A stretch of DNA of 64,000 nt from Barthelona sp. PCE (GCA_040285745.1 JAUFOR010000008.1:1116001-1180000); one strand, 5' to 3'. Counted from the stretch's first letter, positions 20,501-32,371 are shown. Made by a program: numbers and translations. Notes: generated by a model from the sequence alone, not told the origin.

Positions 20501-21555
20501 TGAAGAAGCATGTTGAAGTACGTGAATGAAGTGAATGCGACCGAGGGAATGATGGCGTTACCAGTCAAGGTAACGTAGAAACCAAAAGCAATGAGAGGCA
20601 TAATCGAGGGTGTCATGGTGAAGAAGAACATCATCTTTGCGAAGTAGAGAATAAGCTTCTGGACCAAACCTAGCTCAACACTCCTGATCTCTTCAATGTT
20701 CTCCTCAGCTTGCTCCTCCCACGAATTAAACTTGACAGAGTTCATCTCCTTGAGCAGTTCTCCGAGCTTCTTGACACGACGATCGTTCTCAGCCATGTAC
20801 TTCATACGTGTCTTTGTAAGACGAGAGATGAATATAATCATGAATGGCAGAATCAGAAAACTAGAGAGAATACCCCAGATGGCTGACCATCCCATGAGCT
20901 GGTACAACTGATAGACGGCTACACCAATGGTCACAGGAGAGGACCATATTTGGTGTAGCATCCAACAAAACCGCTGCATCATTTGACTGTCATTACCAAT
21001 AAGGTTGACAATGTAACCGGAAGAAAACATGGATTTTGTCTTATTCGACATCCGAAGCACACTTTGAAATACCAAGCCGACTAGGCCTGACATGACTCGT
21101 AATCCTACACGCATATCCATGAATGATCTAAAATATTGAAAGTATACTTGCAGGAAGGTAAGCAGGAAGAATCCACCTGCGTAGTATAGGAGTTGTTGAA
21201 ATTCAGAATCAGCCTGCCCTGTTTGTATGATGATGAGGGTCTTCTCAAGGAGTTTGGGTGACATGAACATCACAATGATGTTTAATAAAGTGAGGGTACC
21301 AGTAAGAAATAGCGTGCTACGCTGTCTTTTGATAACCTTTCCAATAAAACCAGCATCTGGGTTTTCTGGCTCGAAATCAATGTCATTGAGATTGTTGTTC
21401 TCCATGCGGTCCCTTTTAGGTGCGTTGTCCAAGTCTTTGAAGTCAACACCACCAGTTTTCTTGGCCTTTTTGATAAAGGGGCGTAAGTAAAAAAAATTCA
21501 GCTTGGAAAAGAAGTTAGCTGAAGAATATGCGTCTTTACCCTCCAGATTTGACAT
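17521..21555 (-). CDS. ABCC/MRP-family full ABC transporter (short type, no TMD0)
   Basis: Two TMDs and two NBDs: QGKSS, ISGGQKARVALARA, LLIDD; TPVGRIINRFS; GTTGSGKT, LSSGIRQL, ILDE, IAHRLHTI. Confidence 0.96.
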   Translation of the reverse strand: MSNLEGKDAYSSANFFSKLNFFYLRPFIKKAKKTGGVDFKDLDNAPKRDRMENNNLNDIDFEPENPDAGFIGKVIKRQRSTLFLTGTLTLLNIIVMFMSPKLLEKTLIIIQTGQADSEFQQLLYYAGGFFLLTFLQVYFQYFRSFMDMRVGLRVMSGLVGLVFQSVLRMSNKTKSMFSSGYIVNLIGNDSQMMQRFCWMLHQIWSSPVTIGVAVYQLYQLMGWSAIWGILSSFLILPFMIIFISRLTKTRMKYMAENDRRVKKLGELLKEMNSVKFNSWEEQAEENIEEIRSVELGLVQKLILYFAKMMFFFTMTPSIMPLIAFGFYVTLTGNAIIPSVAFTSFTYFNMLLQPLQGYSRIIEMLINAKVAGLRMKKLVCAAKREDVSAALLPDDDLVLDIKDASFQYESLPDNIGETMDDVIAQMSKKRGCCGKSAVESEDELDDVLVMDLEPFSLKNINLTVRRGEFVGIVSRSAQGKSSLLSAVIGNMTLKDGSFSRCANTMIAPQTPYIVNASIRDNILFGLPLDKSRYDEAVRRAALSADFSQLAPDDKTSGDLVEIGDKGVGISGGQKARVALARALYWSMMKPADENCLLLIDDYLSAVDARVGEHLRVHAFEYLKEMKRGCVLATHHVYALEFCDRIVVLKEGSIEAEGSFTELMENDEFRLLLQENDEDEGEENTEREATPVERELLPMLERPITWDVDNPTKATSILASIKSDGDVRVERDDSKVLIEFDANKMTSAEEKMEGAVSGAVWKAYLGGFGSFWFWFWIVVIVGTYMTTSILSNFSLVWWTEDPMGDPWYYIWLFGGLSMASVLLLYIFQDATARAGVRSAGKLHRSLLRSVLTATYSFFSNTPVGRIINRFSGDVLSLDTTLQIAMLFFVLMIVRLIVNIAVIISALPIILLLVIPIVFILLWYASYYRVVARDLRRLVSISKSPMLSHLNETIDGMGIIQIGDFEDQYLDHMGFLMNRYSRAAIYQQGCSSWISSRFTFIGAIIFACVALVIAFFNISASWAGVALSNSQGLIVMLGFALIMFSELEAAMACIERIYHYTNNIPLEPDFKDPKPPVNWPLTSDIVFDNVSARYRQDLEDVLKDLSFTINDKERVAIVGTTGSGKTTIFNVLFRLITDVSGDIVISGVKTDSIGIGHLRRIMAAVPQNPSLFEGTLRKNIDYFGMYTDEEISEAVDKIGLADLINVDLDQPISESGGNLSSGIRQLICLTRVLLDKSKRILILDECSSSLDAATDSKLQRVIREEFKDFTICTIAHRLHTIIDYDRVLLLDEGRKVEYDNPATLLADESSSFSSLVDRTGPQEAARLRRMVLGLPTPSPNPNPTNTL

Positions 21556-21873
21556 TTAAACAGAAAAGGAATGTAAAAGCGAATACAGTATCTGTGAAGT
21601 TGGTCGAGTCAAAATGTTGGTGGTCTCATCCGTGAAATTGGGGTGGACATCAGTTGTGCAGCATTAAATTCTGAGAACAAAAAGTGTTTGGGCCTTCCAT
21701 AGTGTTGTAGGATTTACAATTGTTATTGTTATAACAACATAGCAGGTATGGTTTCTACCACATAGACGAGGTAGCAAGCACAAATGGATTTTTTAGTAAT
21801 CTGAAGTGGATTTACTTTTTCATTCCTTTCAGAAGGAGTAGAAGCTATTCATATATATATATATATGCACGGT

Positions 21874-24800
21874 ATGAAAAGCCTACTTCTGTTGGATTTA
21901 TTCTTTGTTTACTTCTATCCTATACATATGCCGAGGTGGTAACTCAATGTCCAACTGTTTATCAGTTAGAGGAGAACAGTGTAATGTTTCGGGGCTTTAG
22001 AGACTGTGAATTTACCCTAAACATTCACATAAAGTCAAAAGTTGGTATAGAAGTCCGAAATCTCCACAATGTTTCGATTTTTGTTGAGTCAACAGAACAC
22101 AACAATGAAATCAGTGATTTGCGGATATCAGTGATCGACAGTGACGTTTCTGTCAACTATACAGGTGATGCGAATCATAAGGAATGGGAGTTTAAGGGTA
22201 TTAGATTTAAAGAAGTTACTATTACAAACTCAGTTTTTAGTTATCCCAACCCATACTTTTATGCAGATACACTTCACCTTTCTGATGCTACAGTTTCGGG
22301 ATTTAACGATAATTTTGCATCTGGTTTTTTTTTTCAATTTATTTGTTCAGATTCAATTTATTCAGCAACTGGTCCCATCATCGGATCACATGGTTCCATG
22401 CGTATCAGGGACAGCGGGCACCGCATAACAGACGACATACAGTACACTTGTGTTGAAAATTGCACTGTATCAATCATTGGTCTCTTAATGATAGGAGCAG
22501 AAACAGATGTATTGCTGAAGGTAGAGAATTTCAGTGATATGGTTTTTGACACAATATACACTGATGATGAGGCATATGGAGTCTTTCCTAATGTTTTCAG
22601 TTATCAAAAAAGTCTTGTGATGCGGAATTTAAAGTTCAACCAGGCTATGGTTTTTATGACACCAGCTGCATATGTATATATGCACAATGTAACAGCTACT
22701 GGTCATCTTCTCGTCAACAGCGCTTCAAAGTACAGTGTAGTACTCATTCATGATTCCGAAATTTTTGAATTACAGTTTGTTGGTGACTACATGGATGTCA
22801 CACTTAATGAAACACTATCAAACAAGACAATAATCACTGGTAGAAGACAGTTTTACTCATTAACTGTCGTTGGTGAGCATATTGAGGGTGTCAGAATTTT
22901 GGGAATGGTTGACTGTGTTAAACGCATTGTGCTTGATTCACTGAATGTAATAGCAGCAGAAAGAATCGAGATAAGTAATAGTGGATATTTTGAAGATATA
23001 TATCTTAAGAATTGTGTAATTACGAATGTTCAGATTAGAAATGAGTTTGGCATATTCCCATTGGACGTAAACACGTACACCCTTGATGGATGTTTCTTTC
23101 ATAATGTAGAAAACCACATCAAGCAAGAATTTTATACAGATTATATGCTTTTAGTGAATTTTACCAATACTGATGTGATTGATAGTGATTTTCCAATCCA
23201 TGTTAAGACTGTTGCAATGGAAGGTTGCGTGTTTAAGTCCGTTGCTATTCGTAAACCATTGTATTTACGAACAGTGAAAGGAACAACATTTGATAAGATT
23301 TTCTTTGCCGAGAAAACTAATGCAGGTGATGAATATTCATATTTCGTCTTACTGAACCAATGCTCAATGTCCTTTACATCATTTAAAAATATGCATCACG
23401 ATAGCTTAACATTACTGAGGGCGCTCCCAAGTACAAGGACATTTACATTGACAGATTCGTCTTTTACTAACATAACGGTGCGAATTTTACTGGAACAATC
23501 TCAGAATGCATACAAAAACCAAATTTGCATTGTAAGACTATGGTTCAGGGATGTTATGGCTGTTAAGGATATGATACAACTATTAAGCTTGAGTGACGTA
23601 TCTTTCATGGACTTCCACAATGTTACCACGGAGTTTATGTTTCATTTGATTGATAGTTCTTTTGTCGTTCCTTTTTTTTCCAAAGACAATCTAAGGATTA
23701 GTGGTATGACATTCCGTAATGTCAGCACTGATGTTGTTGTTCAGATTGATAGGTTCATTCCAGGTATTCAATTAACAAATTGGGATTTAGAAAGTACGCG
23801 AGACCGTTTTTCGTTTATGCAATTGCTCACATCTGTTGCAATGCCCATGCGTATGATTTTAAGGGACTCAACGTTGCTTTTAAACAGTGGGCTGTTTGTA
23901 GTTTGTCCTACTTGTGATCTGTATCCAGTTTTTGACAATTTCGTTTTCATCAATGGTCAATCAAATGAACCGGCCCCATTCGCGTTCGGATTTGTGCGAA
24001 AGTTGCACCTTAATGGTTCGTTCGAAGTTTTTCACTCAGATAGAGCTCTTTTCGTTGCGCAAGAAATTACATTCTATGATGAAGAGCAAAAGATGCTCAA
24101 TCTTACTGCGAATAAGTGCTTTACATCTTCGTATGATAAAGTTTCGTTTTTGAAACAGTGCGTTGAAGTTTGTGATATTGATGTTGGATCTGATGGTTCT
24201 CGTGATTGTGTTAGTCATGATCCCTACCGTATCACCGGGTTTAAAGATCAGAAATGGCAAGTAGTTGATCAATTACGATTGGGAAAAGTCTCAACCAGCT
24301 TCATATTCTCTGGTGAAGCAAAACCTGAACCGCTTGATCTCATCATCATTGATACAGCCAGAGACGAGTATGTGTTCGGCACAACTGAAGATCTCAGCAT
24401 TGAATGGACGTATGAGCAAAAACTTCCTAATTATTTGTATACTTTTTATATTCTCGGAGCATGGGGTTCCACAGCTGTGAAATCTTTCTCAAAGAGAGAA
24501 CCGTATTGCCTCCCAGGGTACGCTCAGCCTGATGCTCAGTCACGCTGCGTCTCTTGCATTAATTTTGCTCATCAATTTTCTTTCGATAACGCATCAGCAG
24601 AGTGCATTGAAGATCCAAGCATGATGGCCCTCGGTTATTCGGTCGCATCACAGCTCGCGACGCCGGTCTATTCGATTGGTATGGGTCTGTTTGTTCTGGA
24701 AGATGCTGATGCAAACACAGTGTTTCTTATTTATTGCTACAACGCACATTGTAACGATGTTTCTGTTCACTCTGGTGTTTCAGGCGAGTCAATGTCGATG

Positions 24801-26120
24801 ATGTCACAGGAAAAGCGAGAGTTTTATGAGTATTTCTCGGGTGGATACAACTTAGAAGAACATAATGGATGTGCTGAAGGACATTATGGTATTGCATGTC
24901 AGAAATGTGCGGAAACGTTTGACGTCAACGGACACATATACCGCATTGTAGTTAATGTTCTCGGTGATGGTTGTATCTTTGTCCCAAGTTTTGGTATCGT
25001 AATCATTGCTGTCTGTCTACAGATATTAGCAGTTACAGGCGTCGTGATACTGTTTGGGTATGGAAAAAAGGTGCCTTGGACCCGTATATTTAAGTTCTCA
25101 AGTGACATACTGGATCATGACGTGTGGATTATAATAACAAGTGTGAAGGATTTCATTCTTATTATATTACCAGTTATATGGGAAGGTGGTTCGGGTAATT
25201 TTATCATCGAGGATAATGCAGGGAGTGTAGGTATAACAATTACACTGGCTCTGAACCCCTTTGTTGTTGTTAGTATCATAGTGAGCTATTTTATCAGATT
25301 GAATGGTGAAATGAATTTAAATAATGTAATTTTTGGTATTAATTTAAGTTTTATGGGTTTATTATCGCTCTTTTTCATAAACTATATCTTTTACAAGTAC
25401 AGGAAGGCCAATCAAAAGAAATTAGAATATAACATAAAAGTGATTAAGAATAAGAAATTAATTAGTTCTCTATGCTACTTTTTCCTGCCTTACATTATCA
25501 AGAACTCTGTGCGCCTTATCTTCTTCAGGAAGCCCATTGATGTTTATGGGCGCCATTTCTCTGTACCCAATGTCACATCAAGTGTTTTCACTCTTATTGA
25601 TTTTGCACATGCTTACAGTCTTACTTTAGCATTAACTAGTGCCTTTTTAACAGTATTTTTCTTTGTTTTTGCGCTGAAAATGAAGCAAAACGTGCACACA
25701 GTCGGATTAAAGCACGGATTTCAATCATTTTACTTTTTCCTCGTTTTAGTGCGTGCTATTGTAACTTTTTTAACAGTGTATACGGGTGGTTCGGTTATAT
25801 CCCAGTTTTCAGCAAGTGCTTTTCTCCTGGGTCTGCTCATACTGTTGATGATTGTGTCGCCGTTTGTGTATCCTCTTGATATTTTAGTCTCTTGGTTATT
25901 GTTGATCTTGTCTTTGCTTTCTGTCCTGATTCAGATTGTGTTGAACGTTGAAGACTGGGAGCTGTTTGTTGTTACTATAGCTTTAATATTCTGTATTGCT
26001 TTGATAGTTACGCGTGATTTAAATAGAAAATTCAGTGATGATAATGTTCAGAAGAGCTTAATTCAGAGGAAAAACTACGAGGAGATAGGACTTTCGGAGT
26101 TCTTGATATCGCAACCATAG
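21874..26120 (+). CDS. Large surface/membrane protein: beta-rich repetitive ectodomain, Cys-rich linker, multi-pass TM C-terminus; start uncertain
   Basis: 1394-aa ORF from GTG 21936; CLPGY, CVSC, GCAEGHYGIACQKC; many hydrophobic helices. An in-frame signal-peptide-like stretch lies upstream, with ATG 21874 one base out of frame. Confidence 0.8.
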
Positions 26121-26444
26121 TAAATATTGAATTGAATTGAGAGACATAGAATTTTGTAATTAGAAAACTCTGTTTTAGAGTTTTAAGCTGTTTTATGTAA
26201 AGAAAGCTCGAGAAAAAACTTGCTGGGTGTGTAGAAAAGTTTAGATTCGAGTACTGCAATCCTAAGGTAGATTTTGCCTGGTTTTAAAATTTCAGGTTAA
26301 AAGAATGTCCTAAACCGATGTGAAATAATACAGACAACAGTTTTTAAGAGGTATTATGAGCTTATATTAATGCAGTAGCATTTTTTCTTGTTTATTGTTT
26401 TCTTTCCTTTTTACTTCTTTTTATTAACCTCAATTTCTTCTGAA

Positions 26445-29342
26445 ATGCAAAACGCTGGAGCTACCGCATATAATGCAGGAGCACAGGTTGTCGATTCAGC
26501 AGGTAATATTATTTCCAACGTAGGTTCATCAATGCAACCCGCAATGGCTCAAGCGGGCCACATTGCGGGCCAGGTTGGCTCCCAGGTTGGTCAAGCCGCC
26601 GGTCAAGTCGGTGAAGCTCTCGCACCCGCTGCAGCTCAAGTTGGAGCTGTTGCTGGTGAAGTAGGAGCACAGGTAGCCGAAGTAGGCGCCGAGGTTGTTG
26701 CTGCATCCTCTGAAGCTCTTAGTAACGTTGCCAGTGAAATTGCTGAAACTGCACCAGAATTTCTTGCTGCTGCATCATTTGCTTTTGAGTCAGGATCAGC
26801 GTATGTCGTTGAAAACCTCGAGGCCATTGATATGAAAGGCATTGTTGACTCTGTTCCTGATGTTGATTTCAGTTTCGTCGGTGACGCATATGATATGGCT
26901 TCTGATAGCCTCGCTGCAATTGCAGGCACTGTCAAGTCATTTTTTGATGACCTGATTACTATTGAGATTATCCGTGATGCGTTCCAATATCTTTCTCTTC
27001 TTTTGGGTGGTGCTGCTGTTGCCTCCATCAATTGGATGAAGAATTTATTCTCTCTTATTGCCTTTAACATGGTTGCTATTTTTAAATCAATTAACGCAAT
27101 CAATTACTTCTACATTTTTATGATTCTTTATTTAATCGTTTTCATTTGGGCGGCTATAGCTCGTCAGGATGATCCAGATGAGATGAGAGACGGCCACGAG
27201 CTCGTCGAATGGGAGCAGCGCTCGAAAGGGTCGCGAAAGATGATATCCATACTTTTCTTCATACTAACGTCCCTGTACTTAACTGTAACTGATAATGGTA
27301 TAAATATGCTAATGTGTCAGGAGAAGTACAAGCTTCTCATCACAGGACAGACGTGTTACGAAGATACTCACCTTAAAGTTCACATCCCCGCAGCATGCAT
27401 TTCACTGATTGCATTCACAATTGGATTCCCAGTATATCTCAGAAAGGTTATCCGCTTCAACATGCCCAAGATGATGGACTACGATGATGTCGGTGAGCTC
27501 AAACCGTTCATGGTCAAGGCCAACAGACAAGGTGATACTGAGATGGCTGAGAAGTGTCGAGTCCAATTCAGACAGTACTGGCATGAACTCTGTCGTCAAA
27601 ACAAGTCACCTTACAAGTCACTGTTTAACGGTCTCGAGTTCGAGTATGCTACCTTCAAGGTGTATGTCATGATGATTAAGTTTGCTCTGTTGATTCCTAT
27701 GCTAACCCTCACCAACGAAGGCACCTCCCTCGTTCGTGGTCTCATCATGATTGCAATTCTACTCACATACGCAATTATCTCTGGTATTTCCTCTCCCTTC
27801 GTGAAGGACGAGAATGATCGTGTTGATCTCTTTGCCCGAATCATGGCTCTGTCAACCGCAGTTATCACCCTTCTCCTCAGTAAGGAGATTTTGGATGATC
27901 ACCTTGCCGGCCAGCTGCTCAACGCAATCAACATTGTTGGTATTTGTCTCATGATATTTTATACAATTATGGGTCTCGACTGCATGAAGAAGAAAATGCG
28001 CAAGTGCCGTATGGCTTTTGAGTTCACAGATGACTGCCGCTATCGTCTTTCACGTGAACGTAAGCTGCGTATTTGGATGCCATTCTGGGAATCCGTCTTC
28101 AACGCCGATCCTCGTTACAAGCCTTGTGCTGACCGTCTTCGTGCTATGAAGAAGGTCGTCTCCCGTCTCGGTCGTGAGCGTTATAAGCAAGGCCTCATCG
28201 CACCCCCGATCCAGGTCCAACAGGCTCGTTATTACATTGAAACCCAATTAGAAGGTCTTGATGCGTTCTGGGACGGTGTTCCTAAGGACGGTCATCTCGA
28301 TGATCGCACATGTTTCGGTAAGCTTTGGATCCGCCCCTTCCCCTTCACTGCAGTTTTTGTTTGGGATGGTTCTGGCTCTGAGGATGATGATTATGTTGAG
28401 ATCTGGCGTGATCACGAACTCATTGATCTTGCTACCAAGAACCAACACCCTGAAATTCTCCGTAGACGTAACGTTCGTTGGCAGCTCAGAGCACTCGATG
28501 GACAGAGATGTCGCTTCGAGCACGATGAGTGGATCACCAAGTCGTATACCACTGGTTCAGGTGAGAACCGCCGAACACAAACAGTGTCAGTTCACTTTTT
28601 CTTCCACTCTGGTGTTCTTCATGTTAAGCGCAATCGTTCCTCTGAGTGGTCCGCCGGTTTCAAGGTTTCTCTGCACCTCGATGATGGTCGTGGTTCTGCA
28701 CGTGGCCGTACATGGAACAACGAACATCTTACTCTCAATGCGTCCAGAATAGGTATCACAGAAAGCTTTGAGTTCACACACACACTTTCACGTCTTTTGT
28801 TTGAGCCCAACAACGCTCAGATGGTTCGCGTCAGATATCCTATGGTTGTTCAGAAGATGCAGGAGTACCGTAACGGTCTCATTATGAAGCGTCGTCAAGA
28901 CGAGGCCACTCTCTCATGGAAGTTCTGGTATTACGTTTACTATAACGATACTCTTAACGTTAATGGTCTTCATCAGTACCTCGTTAACTGTGAGATGAAT
29001 CCTGCCATGCAACAGTTCACCAACGTCCATCAGGGTGGTCTCCGTTTCCTGTTTGCTCGTATGGGTTATGTTTTCAAGCACCCCGCAATTTGTTATTGGT
29101 TTGTATTCTGGCATGATCTCTGGGATAACAATGGATTTATCATGGGCGATGATCAAAAGGTCAAAGAATTGTTCAACACTCAGTATTCTTCTGCTATTGC
29201 ATATCACATTTGCACTCGCGAGAAGCTCGAGAGCCTCATTGGTGATTTGCCCTTCTACGATAAGCTAAGCAACTACATTGATCTTTTATATAACGTCTTT
29301 GCTGATGTTATGGCTCATCCTCAGAAGTATCCAGTCGTTTAA
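26445..29342 (+). CDS. Multi-pass membrane protein with N-terminal Ala/Gly/Gln/Val amphipathic repeats and a large soluble C-terminal domain
   Basis: First ATG 26445; AGQVG/AQVG repeats; about 8 hydrophobic segments; biased codon usage. Confidence 0.85.
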   Translation: MQNAGATAYNAGAQVVDSAGNIISNVGSSMQPAMAQAGHIAGQVGSQVGQAAGQVGEALAPAAAQVGAVAGEVGAQVAEVGAEVVAASSEALSNVASEIAETAPEFLAAASFAFESGSAYVVENLEAIDMKGIVDSVPDVDFSFVGDAYDMASDSLAAIAGTVKSFFDDLITIEIIRDAFQYLSLLLGGAAVASINWMKNLFSLIAFNMVAIFKSINAINYFYIFMILYLIVFIWAAIARQDDPDEMRDGHELVEWEQRSKGSRKMISILFFILTSLYLTVTDNGINMLMCQEKYKLLITGQTCYEDTHLKVHIPAACISLIAFTIGFPVYLRKVIRFNMPKMMDYDDVGELKPFMVKANRQGDTEMAEKCRVQFRQYWHELCRQNKSPYKSLFNGLEFEYATFKVYVMMIKFALLIPMLTLTNEGTSLVRGLIMIAILLTYAIISGISSPFVKDENDRVDLFARIMALSTAVITLLLSKEILDDHLAGQLLNAINIVGICLMIFYTIMGLDCMKKKMRKCRMAFEFTDDCRYRLSRERKLRIWMPFWESVFNADPRYKPCADRLRAMKKVVSRLGRERYKQGLIAPPIQVQQARYYIETQLEGLDAFWDGVPKDGHLDDRTCFGKLWIRPFPFTAVFVWDGSGSEDDDYVEIWRDHELIDLATKNQHPEILRRRNVRWQLRALDGQRCRFEHDEWITKSYTTGSGENRRTQTVSVHFFFHSGVLHVKRNRSSEWSAGFKVSLHLDDGRGSARGRTWNNEHLTLNASRIGITESFEFTHTLSRLLFEPNNAQMVRVRYPMVVQKMQEYRNGLIMKRRQDEATLSWKFWYYVYYNDTLNVNGLHQYLVNCEMNPAMQQFTNVHQGGLRFLFARMGYVFKHPAICYWFVFWHDLWDNNGFIMGDDQKVKELFNTQYSSAIAYHICTREKLESLIGDLPFYDKLSNYIDLLYNVFADVMAHPQKYPVV

Positions 29343-29369
29343 TTGTTTACAAATGTAAAATTTTAAATT

Positions 29370-31913
29370 TCAGAAGATTTCTGCAAGCGGATCGTTTGCT
29401 GTATCAGCATTGTGGATCAGATCAATGACACCCTGCATACGCTGAAGTGCTGTTGCAGTTGTTTCTGTACTGGCGTTGATGTTACGTTGCAGAGTTCTCA
29501 AAGCATTTGAAAAAGTTGTACGACTCATTCGTATCACGCGATCATGGAATCGAAGGAGGCGCTGTACCCACATCAAAATAAACTCAATGTGCTTGGAGTT
29601 TTCCGCCAATTCTTCCCCAAGGAAGTCAAAAAGATTAGACAATTGTGAAGGCCAAAAGCTGCGAACAACAAGGTCCACATCCTCCTGCGGTACAGCGTAG
29701 AAACAGTGCTGCTGCATGGACTTGTCCCCTAGTTTGAGGGCGCCAACCAGAGCCTTTGTGAATTGCCCATCAGCAAGATAAGTCTTGACGCTATCTGGTG
29801 TTATCTCTAGATCAAGCTCATACAGATCGCTGAGGATACCCTGGTTCTTTGAGAAGACGTAACTGCCAAGAATGGAATTTGCAACGAAGTAATTCCCAGC
29901 GGGTGAGAAAACTACAGATTTGGTTTGGAAGGACAACTTTGTCGTGCGTTCGCCTAGTAACGGATTAACTTTCACACCAGGGAGAGATTTGGCACGGGCT
30001 TTACGTTCATCAGCAGAGAGTTCTTTCCAGTCAAAGTCTACTTCAGCACCAGCCTCTGTCATCTTCCTTGAATCGAGCATCTCCAGGATACCACTGATAT
30101 CCCTGTGCTCACAGAGGCTCTCTCTGTTGATCAACACACCAGTATCAACGCTGTACAAACAGAGATATTTGGAGTTGCCGCCTGCGACAAGGAACTCACC
30201 GCAGTTACTGAAACTCACACATGAGAAGTACTTATCGTGTCTCTGGTTGCGTGCCGTCTGGAAGCCATCGTTCAGACGACCACCCTTACAGTCGGCGCGC
30301 GCATCAATTGTGCGGATATGGTCTCCGTCGCATGACCAAATTTGAATCTCACCGTTAAGCGAAACTGTGCACAGTCTACGACCATCTGGGTGCCAGGATA
30401 GGTCAAGGACGTCGCTTCCAATCTGTAAAATGGATGGGGCGCCCTCAATTGCGAATATATCGGTGACACGTACGTTTCCGTCCCATGATCCAGAAGCAAG
30501 CAGAGTGTGTTCGGACGTGGGAGGGGCAAACGCTACGCATGAAATCGGAGCTTCGTGGCCGGCAACAACATCAAGCTGCTTTGAATCGCGCATGGAGAAG
30601 AGATAGACCTTACCCTCTGTGTAAGATCCTGCGGCGACAATCTCGCCACTCGGGTCAACACCAACGCAACTTAGCTGGGCGCTATCATGGGTCACCATTG
30701 TTCTGAAATTACGCAGGCGCACCATGTCGAAACACCTTACAGAACCGTCCAGAGAACATGAAACAACAGCCGCATCGTTGGGCAGGAACTTTAAACCAGT
30801 AACTGGCGCTGTGTGTGTTGAAAACGTCGCGAAAGGGTATCCTGTGACCATCGACCAGACCTTTATCTTTCCGTCGCTGCCTGCAGTGGCTAACAACGAG
30901 TCATCACTTGAGAAAGCGCCGACATCAACACCATATAAGTGACCTTGCTGTTTAAGGACGTATGTCTCTGCCTGCCACTCCCAAACGACGAGCTGTCCGA
31001 GGGAGGCAATGCCGAGAGCAATCCATGCACCCTGATGATCCACAGCAAGAGCGTCTACAGTACTACGTGAAACCGATAATGTCTGTAGCGCAACAAACGT
31101 ACCGGTTTCGTACATACCGATGGCACCGTTGGCGAAACCGCACGCGAGGAAACTTCTATCAGCAGGCATGTCACAACAACGAACAGGCTGCCTCATTTCC
31201 AAGATTGTTTTCTTTTGCAGCTTCCATTCATCTTCCTCAAAGTGCCACTCTATAACTGCGGCACCCCTGTCAACAGAGACGATACGGGAAGGGTTAACAG
31301 TGTCTTCAACAAAGAAGACATTGACGATCTCATCCCTGTGAGCAGAGAATCCGCATTTGTAAGTCGCAGCCTCCTCGTCGTAGAGGTGGACGGGGGTTAT
31401 GCTGACAGTACTGTCCTCACTCCCACTTAGAATAAATCGACTATCGTGAGAAAATTTGAGACAAGTAACAACACCATGGTGCACCACAATGGTTCGCAGA
31501 AGTCTGAAGGGTGTGTACTGCCTCTGCCACCCAGGGAAAGCGTACAGCTTGATGAGCTTATCAACTGCTGCACAAATATACTGTCCACAAGGGGAGAAGC
31601 AAATATCTCCGACTTTCTCTTTGAAATGGAAGGTATGGACGATGCTTCGTGTTGCCATGCTGATGATCTGGCACCCACCACTTGTGTCCACTGCAGCAAT
31701 CATTGAATCGTTGGGGGAGAAACGAAGAAAATCTAGATCAGTGCGTGCTTCGATCGGGAAGACAAAACTCTTGTGCTTAAGGAGATCGACGCAGAAAATA
31801 CGATTGCTCACAGGAACAATGATTGTATTTCCAGAGTGGTTGAAGGCGATGTTTGCATTTTTGTTATCAAATACTGGCCCAATGAGGTTTTCAATCTGGT
31901 ACCCAAAGTTCAT
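29370..31913 (-). CDS. PWP2: Periodic tryptophan protein 2 (Utp1), SSU processome WD40 protein
   Basis: LGQLVVWEWQAETYVLKQQGH, SLDGSVRCFDMVRLRNFRT, GHEAPIS, SGSWDG; Utp12-like C-terminus. Confidence 0.97.
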   Translation of the reverse strand: MNFGYQIENLIGPVFDNKNANIAFNHSGNTIIVPVSNRIFCVDLLKHKSFVFPIEARTDLDFLRFSPNDSMIAAVDTSGGCQIISMATRSIVHTFHFKEKVGDICFSPCGQYICAAVDKLIKLYAFPGWQRQYTPFRLLRTIVVHHGVVTCLKFSHDSRFILSGSEDSTVSITPVHLYDEEAATYKCGFSAHRDEIVNVFFVEDTVNPSRIVSVDRGAAVIEWHFEEDEWKLQKKTILEMRQPVRCCDMPADRSFLACGFANGAIGMYETGTFVALQTLSVSRSTVDALAVDHQGAWIALGIASLGQLVVWEWQAETYVLKQQGHLYGVDVGAFSSDDSLLATAGSDGKIKVWSMVTGYPFATFSTHTAPVTGLKFLPNDAAVVSCSLDGSVRCFDMVRLRNFRTMVTHDSAQLSCVGVDPSGEIVAAGSYTEGKVYLFSMRDSKQLDVVAGHEAPISCVAFAPPTSEHTLLASGSWDGNVRVTDIFAIEGAPSILQIGSDVLDLSWHPDGRRLCTVSLNGEIQIWSCDGDHIRTIDARADCKGGRLNDGFQTARNQRHDKYFSCVSFSNCGEFLVAGGNSKYLCLYSVDTGVLINRESLCEHRDISGILEMLDSRKMTEAGAEVDFDWKELSADERKARAKSLPGVKVNPLLGERTTKLSFQTKSVVFSPAGNYFVANSILGSYVFSKNQGILSDLYELDLEITPDSVKTYLADGQFTKALVGALKLGDKSMQQHCFYAVPQEDVDLVVRSFWPSQLSNLFDFLGEELAENSKHIEFILMWVQRLLRFHDRVIRMSRTTFSNALRTLQRNINASTETTATALQRMQGVIDLIHNADTANDPLAEIF

Positions 31914-32371
31914 GTGATATGTGTATGTGTTAGAATCAAATGAATATGTGTAAAAGGGGGAAGAATAGGGACTTCATTGATTATATTCTTTTTCCTTTCA
32001 CTTCAACTAATGTGCTGAACGACGTAGCTAATTGACAGAATATAATCCCACAAAACGGTTGCTATGATCTCTTTGAAAGCTGAACTGTATCATATTTAAA
32101 TTTCGTGTTGCTTTTATCAGATAAACAATTTTTATGTCATAAAATGTGGGAGATATAGTATATTAAATCCATTAAAGTCGTATTAATATATGACCAGTGA
32201 TATGTGATATAATTTTGTTTTTTCTCTACAATTATATTCATATTGCACAGATAAAGTATCAGAAATGGTATACAGATTGCCAATAAGAGATCTCCAGTGA
32301 GTAAATATGTCATAAGTCTATAAAGCATCTCCTTCTTCGAAGTTCTCCTTTAACACTTGATTTTTTAAGAA

